NCBI GenBank assembly: GCA_028284765.1
Contig: JANQRA010000002.1
Span: 179,832-243,831, forward strand
From: Acidimicrobiia bacterium
GTDB taxonomy: Bacteria > Actinomycetota > Acidimicrobiia > Spongiisociales > ZC4RG35
Direction of reading: 5' to 3'
DNA length: 64,000 nt
Position 1 is the first letter of the stretch, and each line of letters begins with the position of its first letter. Under the pieces are notes generated by a model that saw nothing but the letters and a program-made list of their open reading frames with translations, made no database searches and was not told the origin of the DNA. Below, one piece after another: positions 27,355 through 35,335 of the stretch. Both the position numbers and the translations under genes were made by a program.

Positions 27355-28233
27355 GTGATTCCGGCGACCATCGAAGAGCTGGGTGAAGCTCTCGACAACC
27401 AGGCGTACTACGCGGCCGATGATCTCAAGGTCGCCATCCACCTTTCACTTCAACTCGGCCGGCCGCTGTTCCTCGAAGGAGAGGCTGGTGTAGGCAAAAC
27501 GGAAGTGGCGAAAGCCCTAGCGGCCATCACCGGCAACCAATTGATCCGGCTCCAGTGTTATGAAGGACTCGACGTCGGTCACGCCCTCTATGAATGGGAC
27601 TACGCAATGCAGATGATGGAGATTCGTCTGCTCGAAGCACGTGGAGAGGCTGAGAGGGCGACAGCACGGAACATCATGAGCCGGGACTTCTTGATAGCCC
27701 GCCCGCTGCTCCAGTCCATCGAGGCCGCCCGGGACGGACAGCGACCGGTTCTCCTGATCGACGAGCTCGATCGAGCAGATGAGGAATTCGAGGCTTTCCT
27801 CCTCGAGCTGTTGTCCGATTTTCAGGTGACAATTCCGGAGATTGGGACGGTGACGGCGGAACAACCACCGATCGTGGTTCTCACCTCGAATCGAACTCGG
27901 GAGATCCATGACGCCCTGAAACGACGCTGTATCTACCACTGGATCGACTACCCGACCCCTGACCTCGAAGCCACCATCGTGAGGCGAAAAGTCGAAGGTA
28001 TCGACGATGAAGTCGCGGATAGCCTCGCGTCAGCGATGGAGCGCCTGAGACAGATCGACCTGTTCAAGCCTCCGGGGGTCGCAGAGACGCTCGACTGGGC
28101 GGAGTCACTCAAGCTCCTCGGTGCTGGAGGCCTCACACCACAAGGCCTCGAGCAAACCATCGGCGTTGTCCTCAAGTACAAAGACGACATCGACAAGGTC
28201 CAAGAACTGGGGGCCGAGGCCATTCTGTCGTGA
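27355..28233 (+). CDS. MoxR-like AAA+ ATPase (CoxD/CbbQ-type, AAA_5)
   Basis: Walker A GEAGVGKTEVAKALA, Walker B LLIDELDRA. Translationally coupled to the downstream VWA gene, as in CoxD/CoxE pairs. Confidence 0.85.
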   Translation: MIPATIEELGEALDNQAYYAADDLKVAIHLSLQLGRPLFLEGEAGVGKTEVAKALAAITGNQLIRLQCYEGLDVGHALYEWDYAMQMMEIRLLEARGEAERATARNIMSRDFLIARPLLQSIEAARDGQRPVLLIDELDRADEEFEAFLLELLSDFQVTIPEIGTVTAEQPPIVVLTSNRTREIHDALKRRCIYHWIDYPTPDLEATIVRRKVEGIDDEVADSLASAMERLRQIDLFKPPGVAETLDWAESLKLLGAGGLTPQGLEQTIGVVLKYKDDIDKVQELGAEAILS

Positions 28234-29357
28234 ATCGCGGGCCGGCCCTCGACCTCGCAACGTTCTCACAGGCGCTCCGTCAGCGAGGACTGTCCGTCAC
28301 ACCAGATCAGGTTGCTGACATGGGCCGAGCGTTTCGACTGATCGATCCGGCGTCGCGAGACCAGGTTCGTGATGCCCTCAGGTCGCTCTCGATCTCCGAC
28401 CCGGCGCAACGCGTCCCGTTCGAAGAGGAGTTCTACAGGTTCTTCGAGCATCTTTATCCGGCCGATGGCGATCCGAATCAGCCTTCCCGCCTGGCCCACA
28501 TGAGTGCTGTGAAGCCGGTAGTCGAGCAGGTAGATCCGGGCCTGGCCGACGGAGTTACCCGATCCCAGACCGGCGCGTCGACTCTCGAAACCCTGCAAAC
28601 GAGGGACTTCGCGGATCTCGATGCCGACCAGGCGGCCGAAGCGAAACGGATCGTCATGGCGATGAGCTGGCAACCGTCGGATTTCAGAACCCGAAGATGG
28701 GTGACCGACAGTCGAGGGCCATCCCCTGACTTGAGAAAGACGATCCAACGAACAGTGAGGCCCGATGGGGACCTGATACCCATCGTCCGCCAGAGCCGGC
28801 GCTTGAGGCAGCGACCGCTCGTGATGATCGCCGACATCTCAGGGTCGATGGAAAAGTACGCCGACATGTTTCTCGTCTTCGCCCATACGGCCCAGCGAAG
28901 GTTGGACCATGTTGAGGCATTCACGTTCTCAACCGAGCTCTCCCGGATCACCGACGACCTGAAGAGGAGAGATATCCAGTCCGCTCTTGCCGGTGTCAAC
29001 AAGACCGTTCACGACTGGTCCGGCGGCACCAAGATCGGTGAGGCTCTGGCCGAGTGGAATCGCCAGTGGAGCCGCAGGCTGGCTCGCGGGGGACCCATCG
29101 CCATGATTCTCTCCGATGGGTGGGACACCGGGGATGACGGGCTCCTGCGCACGGAAATGGCCCGGCTGAGTCGCTCAGTTCACAGAGTTCTCTGGCTCAA
29201 CCCGCTGGCCGCTCGCTCGGACTTCAGGCCGGCGACTCGGGGTATGCAGGCAGTGCTCCCACACGTAGACGAACTTCTCCCCGCGGCAAGCGTTCGTGAT
29301 CTGCGTGGAGTCGTCCGACTGCTCGACGAACTGAACCGATCTTCACACCGCGGCTAG
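28230..29357 (+). CDS. VWA-domain protein (CoxE-like partner of the MoxR ATPase)
   Basis: 375 aa with a C-terminal VWA domain. MIDAS motif DISGSM…; start overlaps the moxR stop by 4 nt. Confidence 0.8.
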   Translation: MNRGPALDLATFSQALRQRGLSVTPDQVADMGRAFRLIDPASRDQVRDALRSLSISDPAQRVPFEEEFYRFFEHLYPADGDPNQPSRLAHMSAVKPVVEQVDPGLADGVTRSQTGASTLETLQTRDFADLDADQAAEAKRIVMAMSWQPSDFRTRRWVTDSRGPSPDLRKTIQRTVRPDGDLIPIVRQSRRLRQRPLVMIADISGSMEKYADMFLVFAHTAQRRLDHVEAFTFSTELSRITDDLKRRDIQSALAGVNKTVHDWSGGTKIGEALAEWNRQWSRRLARGGPIAMILSDGWDTGDDGLLRTEMARLSRSVHRVLWLNPLAARSDFRPATRGMQAVLPHVDELLPAASVRDLRGVVRLLDELNRSSHRG

Positions 29358-29367
29358 CGTTCGGGAC

Positions 29368-29676
29368 ATGAGGAGTCAGCTCGCACGCCGTAACGAGTGG
29401 GCAGAACAGGGCAAGAAAGTGGCAGTGGCCACTGTGATCAAGGTCCACGGCAGCGCCCCACGTCCGGAAGGATCGAAGTTCCTGGTCTCTTCCGAAGGCG
29501 ACATGGAAGGTTCGGTTAGTGGCGGGTGCGTCGAAAACGACGTCTTCCTCCACGCCCAGGAAGTGATTGAGACCGGCCGTGCCAAGACGGTCACATACGG
29601 GATCGCCGATGAAGACGCCTTCGAAGTCGGGATGTCTTGCGGCGGAACGATCGACGTCTTCATCGAGCCCTGGTGA
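29368..29676 (+). CDS. XdhC/CoxI-family N-terminal-domain protein (stand-alone)
   Basis: 102 aa, …[41 protein letters not shown]… is the XdhC_CoxI domain. Confidence 0.7.
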   Translation: MRSQLARRNEWAEQGKKVAVATVIKVHGSAPRPEGSKFLVSSEGDMEGSVSGGCVENDVFLHAQEVIETGRAKTVTYGIADEDAFEVGMSCGGTIDVFIEPW

Positions 29677-30440
29677 CTGACGCTCTCACCGCCACACAGG
29701 AGATCCTCGACTCCGAGTCATTCGGATCAGTGATCACCTTCGTGGATGGTCCGCGAACCGGTGACAAGACGGTGCTTAATGAGTCCGGAGACGTGGTCGC
29801 CGGGGATGCCGTTCACGATGACATCATCAGCGACGCAATGCTGCTGATGGAGAACGAACAACACCGGACCGTCACCTATGGGAACGATTCCGTTTTCATC
29901 GAAACCCTGGCTCCCCCGCCGGACCTCTTGGTGTTCGGCGCAGTCCACATCGGACAGGCTCTCTGCTCATTTGGATCTCAAATGGGCTATCGCGTGACGG
30001 TTGTCGACTCTCGGGCTGCCTTCGCCACAGAAGAGAGATTCCCTGCAGCGCACCGAGTTCTGGTGGGCTGGCCGCGCGACCTGATGGACCAACTCACCTT
30101 TGATCGGCGAACGTGGGTTGTGGTCCTCTCGCATGATCCCCGTCATGAAACCCCACCGTTAGAGGCGGCACTCAAGTCCGATACCAGATACATCGGTGCC
30201 ATGGGTAGCCGTCGCACCCATGGTCAACGTGTCGAGAGGATGAAAGAGTTGGGATTCGATGACAGTGCGGTCGCCCGGATCCATTCACCCGTGGGCCTGG
30301 ATATCGGTGCCGAAAGCCCCCAAGAAGTGGCCGTCTCGATCCTCGCCGAAATGACTCTCGTGCGGTATGGAGCTGGTTCAGGAGTGTCATTGAAGGGCGT
30401 TGAGGGCCGCGTCCACAAACAGCGGCCTGAGGATTCCTAG
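29673..30440 (+). CDS. XdhC/CoxF-family molybdenum-hydroxylase maturation protein (XdhC_CoxI + Rossmann-like C-domain)
   Basis: A GTG at 29673 overlaps the upstream stop (GTGA). A second XdhC_CoxI-like segment is followed by [26 protein letters not shown], the XdhC_C NAD-like fold. Confidence 0.75.
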   Translation: MTDALTATQEILDSESFGSVITFVDGPRTGDKTVLNESGDVVAGDAVHDDIISDAMLLMENEQHRTVTYGNDSVFIETLAPPPDLLVFGAVHIGQALCSFGSQMGYRVTVVDSRAAFATEERFPAAHRVLVGWPRDLMDQLTFDRRTWVVVLSHDPRHETPPLEAALKSDTRYIGAMGSRRTHGQRVERMKELGFDDSAVARIHSPVGLDIGAESPQEVAVSILAEMTLVRYGAGSGVSLKGVEGRVHKQRPEDS

Positions 30441-30847
30441 CCCACAGCTTGGAACAGGTCGACGACGTTCCCCTCCGGATCTGTCATGAACACGAATCGG
30501 AACGTGCCTCCGTTCGGTGCCACGAACTCGGTGATCTCGCCCCGGTAGGACCCGCCGGCTGCCGCCACGCACTCAGCGGCCTCCGCCACATCATCCACGT
30601 AGAAGGTGAGAACCCCGCCACCTGACTCGAGCCCGGTCCCGGTGATCAACTCGAGATTCGGTCCCTCCACCGCGCCTGGGAAGGACAGAATCGTGATTGT
30701 GATTTCTTCGTTGGTACCCGCACCCGAAGCTGCTGCTTGGTCGAGACTCACCGTCTGACGAACGACCTTGCAGCCAAGTCCCTCGACGTAGAACTGGGCG
30801 AGACGGTCGGGGTCGTCTGTGGCGAGCTTGACCTGAACAAACTGCAT
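30437..30847 (-). CDS. VOC-family (glyoxalase-like) protein
   Basis: 136 aa with a VOC fold pattern. Convergent with xdhC, overlapping it by 4 nt. Confidence 0.65.
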   Translation of the reverse strand: MQFVQVKLATDDPDRLAQFYVEGLGCKVVRQTVSLDQAAASGAGTNEEITITILSFPGAVEGPNLELITGTGLESGGGVLTFYVDDVAEAAECVAAAGGSYRGEITEFVAPNGGTFRFVFMTDPEGNVVDLFQAVG

Positions 30848-30872
30848 GCGCTGACCCTATAGCCTTGACTGG

Positions 30873-33458
30873 ATGCTCCTCGAACGCGATGACCTTCTCG
30901 CCGCTCTGAAGGAAGCCTTGGACAAAGCCGTCGAAGGCTCCGGACGAATGGCGCTCATCGCAGGAGAGGCTGGCTCAGGCAAGACCACTCTGGTGAAGGC
31001 CTTCATCGAATCATTGGACGATGCTGCCCTCATCATCACAGGTGCATGCGACCCACTGACTACGCCCAGGCCACTCAGCCCACTCCTCGATTTCGCGGCC
31101 AATGACGGCTCGGGCCTTGAAGGCCTCTTCGCACTCGAACACGACAACGTGACCATCTTTCACGAAGTGCTCGACAGACTGCGCCACTCGATACGACCTG
31201 TTGTGATGGTTATCGAGGACGCCCATTGGGCGGATCAGGCGACCTTGGACTTCATTCGATTCGTCGGACGGCGGGTCGCTGACTCCAAAGCCCTCGTTCT
31301 CGTCACCTACCGGGACGATGAAGTAGGACCCGATCACCCCCTCCGCTCGGTGTTAGGGCAGTTGATTCCACTTACATCAACTCAGCGACTGCACGTGCCC
31401 CTTCTAACAGTCGATGCCGTCACAACCTTGGCGGGAGATTCCGGCACAAGTCCGTCGGACCTCTTCCGGCTGACAGACGGCAACCCGTTCTACGTGACGG
31501 AGATCTTGGCCGCGGGCGAGAGCCTCCCCTCCTCTGTACAGGATGCTGTGGTTGGACGGGTGGCACGTCTCGAAGACGGTCCCCGGAAAGTGGTCGATGC
31601 GGTCTCTATCGCGCCCCGGTCTCTCGACATCGAGTACGCCTCTCTCCTCGCTTCCGGTCGAATGGACGATGTGGACATCGCCGTCGGCTCAGGTGTCCTG
31701 GAAAGCGACGGAAGAGAACTCCGATTCCGCCACGAACTTGCCCGCTCGGCGGTTGAAACCTCGATGCCCCCTGGTCGCCGTCACGGGCTCCATCGAACCA
31801 TGATCGGGCTCCTCAAAGAGGAAGACCCCACAGATCACGCCCGGCTAGCCCACCACGCCATAAAGGCGGAGCAGCCGGACCTGATTGCCGAACACGCGCT
31901 GGTAGCTGCGGAAGAGGCGAAGCAGCGTGGTGCGGTGCGCGAAGAGGTGGCGTTCTCGATGGCAGCCCTGGAGGTTGCCGACCTGATAGACGAACGCGAA
32001 GTTGCGGACATGCGCATGAGGGCTGCCGAGAGTCTCTATGTGCTGGATCTGATCGAACCCGCCTTGGACCAGGTCAAGTTGGCATTGGAGTGGTATCAGC
32101 GGGAAGGGCTCGTCGAACAACAGGCAGAGGCTCATCGACGGATGAGCACGTTGCACTTGGGGACTGGTCAGGTCGAGAAGTCGCTCGCCGAGTCACAACA
32201 ATCCGTCGACCTGCTCGAGAGCGTTTCGGATGCATCATCGAACAGTCTCGCAACGGCCACTGCGACTCTGGCACACCACTACATGCTGCGTCGGGATGCG
32301 ACCCACGGTCTCCCAATTGCAGAGAAGGCCATGGAATACGCGACCACAGCCAACTCCGAGACCACCACGTTGTCGGTCAAGCACACGATGGCTTGTCTCG
32401 AGCTCATAGCCGGACGACTCGACGATGGCTTCACTCACCTACGCGAGGTCGTCGATCAGGCCCGCGAGTCTGACCGCCGTCTCCACACCTCTGCCATCAC
32501 GAATCTCGGCTCCGGTGCCGGGGAGATGCGACGCTACGACCTGGCCAAAGAAGCTCTCGAAGAGGCAGTCGCGTGGGGTGAGAGCCACGACATGGATGGT
32601 GGCGTCCGCTACGCCAGATCCTGGCAAGCTCGCGTCGCGTTCGAGCAGGGCAGGTGGGAAGACTCGGTCCGCTTCGCCGAGCCAGTCATCAACACTGAGT
32701 TGAACCCCGCCAGCTACTCGGTGCTAACCGCCAAGGGAGTTTTGGGCAGGGTCAGGGTCAGACGCGGCGACCCGGGCGGAAAAGAGTTCCTCGAAGCGAC
32801 ACTTGAAGACTCGGAAGGACATCACCTTCAGCACCGCTGGTCGCCGGCGAGCGGCCTGGCCGAGTATCACTGGCTTCGCGGGGACAACGACTCCATGGTC
32901 GAGGGCCTCCAATCGATGTTCGACGCTGCTCTTGTGGCAGACAGTCCGTGGGCCCGCGGCGAGCTGGGCTACTGGATGTGGAAAGCCGGCGCAATCGCCA
33001 AGCCGCCAGCGGATGCGGCAGCGCCGTTCGCTCATCAGATTTTGGGAAACTGGCAGCAAGCGGCTGACGCCTGGAGCGAAATCGGATGTCCGTATGAGGT
33101 GGCTCTTGCCTTGTACGAGGGCGGGGAGGTGACCTCGATGCTCGAAGCGCTCAAGATCTTCGACTCGCTGGGAGCAAAACCGATGAGTGATCGCACTCGA
33201 GCAGAACTCCGCAACTCCGGCATGGAGTCGGTACCGAGAGGCCCGTCACTTTCGACTCGACAAAACCTCGCAGGTTTGACCAACCGCCAAATGGAGGTTC
33301 TGAGTTTGATTGGTCGCGGTTTCACCAACAGCGAAATCGGCAAGGAGCTCTTCATCTCGAAGAAGACAGTGGAGCACCACGTCTCTGCCATTCTCACCAA
33401 GCTTGGGGCAGGGAGCCGGGAAGAGGCCGCCGCAACGCTGGAGAAAATGGGGGCGTAG
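30873..33458 (+). CDS. LAL-type (AAA ATPase + TPR-like + LuxR HTH) transcriptional regulator
   Basis: 861 aa with an N-terminal P-loop, GEAGSGKTTLV, and a C-terminal LuxR HTH: LTNRQMEVLSLIGRGFTNSEIGKELFISKKTVEHHVSAILTKLG. Confidence 0.88.
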   Translation: MLLERDDLLAALKEALDKAVEGSGRMALIAGEAGSGKTTLVKAFIESLDDAALIITGACDPLTTPRPLSPLLDFAANDGSGLEGLFALEHDNVTIFHEVLDRLRHSIRPVVMVIEDAHWADQATLDFIRFVGRRVADSKALVLVTYRDDEVGPDHPLRSVLGQLIPLTSTQRLHVPLLTVDAVTTLAGDSGTSPSDLFRLTDGNPFYVTEILAAGESLPSSVQDAVVGRVARLEDGPRKVVDAVSIAPRSLDIEYASLLASGRMDDVDIAVGSGVLESDGRELRFRHELARSAVETSMPPGRRHGLHRTMIGLLKEEDPTDHARLAHHAIKAEQPDLIAEHALVAAEEAKQRGAVREEVAFSMAALEVADLIDEREVADMRMRAAESLYVLDLIEPALDQVKLALEWYQREGLVEQQAEAHRRMSTLHLGTGQVEKSLAESQQSVDLLESVSDASSNSLATATATLAHHYMLRRDATHGLPIAEKAMEYATTANSETTTLSVKHTMACLELIAGRLDDGFTHLREVVDQARESDRRLHTSAITNLGSGAGEMRRYDLAKEALEEAVAWGESHDMDGGVRYARSWQARVAFEQGRWEDSVRFAEPVINTELNPASYSVLTAKGVLGRVRVRRGDPGGKEFLEATLEDSEGHHLQHRWSPASGLAEYHWLRGDNDSMVEGLQSMFDAALVADSPWARGELGYWMWKAGAIAKPPADAAAPFAHQILGNWQQAADAWSEIGCPYEVALALYEGGEVTSMLEALKIFDSLGAKPMSDRTRAELRNSGMESVPRGPSLSTRQNLAGLTNRQMEVLSLIGRGFTNSEIGKELFISKKTVEHHVSAILTKLGAGSREEAAATLEKMGA

Positions 33459-33553
33459 AGACAACTTCTAGGGGTGGCACCCCGATGTCAGCTCACAGCC
33501 CCTTTCGTACCTTCACCAACAGGTCGGAAGTGCCGGCTAAGAAGGAGAACGAA

Positions 33554-33832
33554 ATGCCCCGCTATATGGTCGAACGTGACTTCCCGAACGGTCTCGAGAT
33601 TCCGACAACGCAGGATGGAAGAGCCGCCATGCTCGGCGTCGTCAACAACAACGCCACTGAGCAGGTGACCTGGGTCCAGTCGTTCGTGTCCGGCGACAAG
33701 ACCAAGACCTTCTGTGTCTACGACGGGCCGACGCCTGAGTCGATCCGCAGGGCCGCCGGACTCAGTGAGCTTCCCATCGACCAGATCACAGAGATCAGCG
33801 TCCTCGACCCGTACTTCTACGTCGGAGCCTGA
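33554..33832 (+). CDS. DUF4242-family protein
   Basis: MPRYMVERDFPNGLEIP…QVTWVQSFVSGDKTKTFCVYDGPTPESIRRAAGLSELPIDQITEISVL matches the DUF4242 pattern. A good RBS, AAGGAG, lies upstream. Confidence 0.6.
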   Translation: MPRYMVERDFPNGLEIPTTQDGRAAMLGVVNNNATEQVTWVQSFVSGDKTKTFCVYDGPTPESIRRAAGLSELPIDQITEISVLDPYFYVGA

Positions 33833-33840
33833 GCCACCCC

Positions 33841-33900
33841 GAACCTGGGGTTCCAGCCTGCGCTATCCGTAGGCAGGAACCCTGGGTTTGCTTTTTGTCG
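33841..33900 (+). terminator. 49-nt structured palindromic element, copy 2 (GAACCTGGGGTTC-N23-GAACCCTGGGTTT) followed by a T-rich tract (GCTTTTTGTCG). Probably an intrinsic terminator after the DUF4242 gene.
   Basis: Begins 8 nt after the stop codon. Arm pairing, an inner CCTGCG/CGTAGG stem and a U-run are read directly from the sequence. A homolog of the element at 22018-22066. Confidence 0.6.
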
Positions 33901-33910
33901 TTATGGGGGA

Positions 33911-35320
33911 ATGGGAAGGCGCAACGGATGCTCGTCGATCGGTGCAGCCATTCGATCGTTCTTCATCCCCGGGTGGGGTCAGGTGGCCACCAACCGACCC
34001 GTGCTTGGCCGGGTCTTCTTGTTCCTCACTGGGCTCGTTGGTGTGGCAGCTCTAACGGTATTCCTGTTCGTGCCGCGAATCGAGATCGCAAGCTGGATCG
34101 CAAACCCCGACATCCTCCTACTCATCGTTCTACTCAATCTCGGATTCGCCGTCTTGCGGCTCAGCTCAACAGAGATGGCTTGGAGAGACAGTGGTGGGCG
34201 AGGTTGGGTCGTCGCGGTGGCCCTGGCAGTCCTCATTGCGATCCCCCACGCGGCCATTGCGTGGGTCGGGCTCGAGACACGCACATCGCTGATGACCGTG
34301 TTCGCAGAGGAAGTAGCCGAGGCCGCAACCACCTCCACAACTTCGACGAGCACAACGACCACGACAACGACGCTCCCCCTCGAACTCAGCCCCATCACCA
34401 CTCTTCCCGGTCAACTCGGTGATGATGAGATCGAGGCCGACAAGGCTCCACCGTGGCGACCATTCGGACAGGACCGTCTCAACATCCTCATCCTCGGTGG
34501 CGACGCCGGCCCTGGGAGAGGTGGTGTGAGAACCGACACGATCATGGTGGCCTCCATCGATCCGATTACCGGTGACGCGGCTCTTCTCGGGCTTCCACGG
34601 AACTATGGGGGTTTGCACTTCACCGATGGTGAGGCGATCCCGGTACGCCGACTCAACCATGTCTTTGGGTATGGCGAAAGGCACGCAGACCGGTTCGGCG
34701 AGACCAATCCAGGGGCAGAGGCAACCAAGAACGCGGTGGAGAACATCACTGGACTGGAGATCGACCACCACGTGATGGTTGACCTGACTGGCTTCGCCGA
34801 TGTGATCGACGTGTTCGGGGGCGTCACCCTCGACATCCCGGTCGCCGTCGACGGACCGCTGTACGACACCGTCACCGGCACTTACGAAATGGTCGAGATA
34901 CGCCCTGGCACTAGAAAGCTCGACGGCGATCATGCGTTGGCTTACGCACGCGCTCGCATCGGGTCGAGTGACTACGTGCGCATGGGCAGACAGCGTTGCA
35001 TCCTTACCGCACTTGCCCGACAGACCAACCCTCTTTCGATTCTGGCGAACTTCAGCTCCGTACTCGATGTGTTCGAGTCGAACATCACCACCGACATTCC
35101 GATCGACACCCTCCCTGACATGGTCCAACTCATGCTCCGCGTATCTGCCGATCAGATCAGGGTCACGGGATTCGACGCCACATGGAGAGCCGGATTCACA
35201 GCGGACGCACATCCCATCCCCGATGTGCCTCGAATTCGAGAAGCAGTCCGACAGATGATCGAGGAGCCATCCCAGGCAACGGCCATAGACATCACCACTG
35301 CGGAAGAAGCCTGCGGTTGA
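33911..35320 (+). CDS. LytR-CpsA-Psr (LCP) family cell-envelope phosphotransferase
   Basis: N-terminal TM segments, a poly-Thr/Ser linker, and the LCP domain …LNILILGGDAGPGRGGVRTDTIMVASIDPITGDAALLGLPRN…. Confidence 0.85.
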   Translation: MGRRNGCSSIGAAIRSFFIPGWGQVATNRPVLGRVFLFLTGLVGVAALTVFLFVPRIEIASWIANPDILLLIVLLNLGFAVLRLSSTEMAWRDSGGRGWVVAVALAVLIAIPHAAIAWVGLETRTSLMTVFAEEVAEAATTSTTSTSTTTTTTTLPLELSPITTLPGQLGDDEIEADKAPPWRPFGQDRLNILILGGDAGPGRGGVRTDTIMVASIDPITGDAALLGLPRNYGGLHFTDGEAIPVRRLNHVFGYGERHADRFGETNPGAEATKNAVENITGLEIDHHVMVDLTGFADVIDVFGGVTLDIPVAVDGPLYDTVTGTYEMVEIRPGTRKLDGDHALAYARARIGSSDYVRMGRQRCILTALARQTNPLSILANFSSVLDVFESNITTDIPIDTLPDMVQLMLRVSADQIRVTGFDATWRAGFTADAHPIPDVPRIREAVRQMIEEPSQATAIDITTAEEACG

Positions 35321-35335
35321 CCTAGCCTGAAGCCC

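Noticed and set aside
29637-29676. Possible frameshift splitting a single xdhC into ORFs 29368..29676 and 29637..30440
   Set aside because: The second ORF itself contains a complete XdhC_CoxI-like segment plus the Rossmann C-domain, and a GTG at 29673 overlaps the first ORF's TGA (GTGA coupling). Two genuine adjacent genes are more parsimonious than a frameshift.
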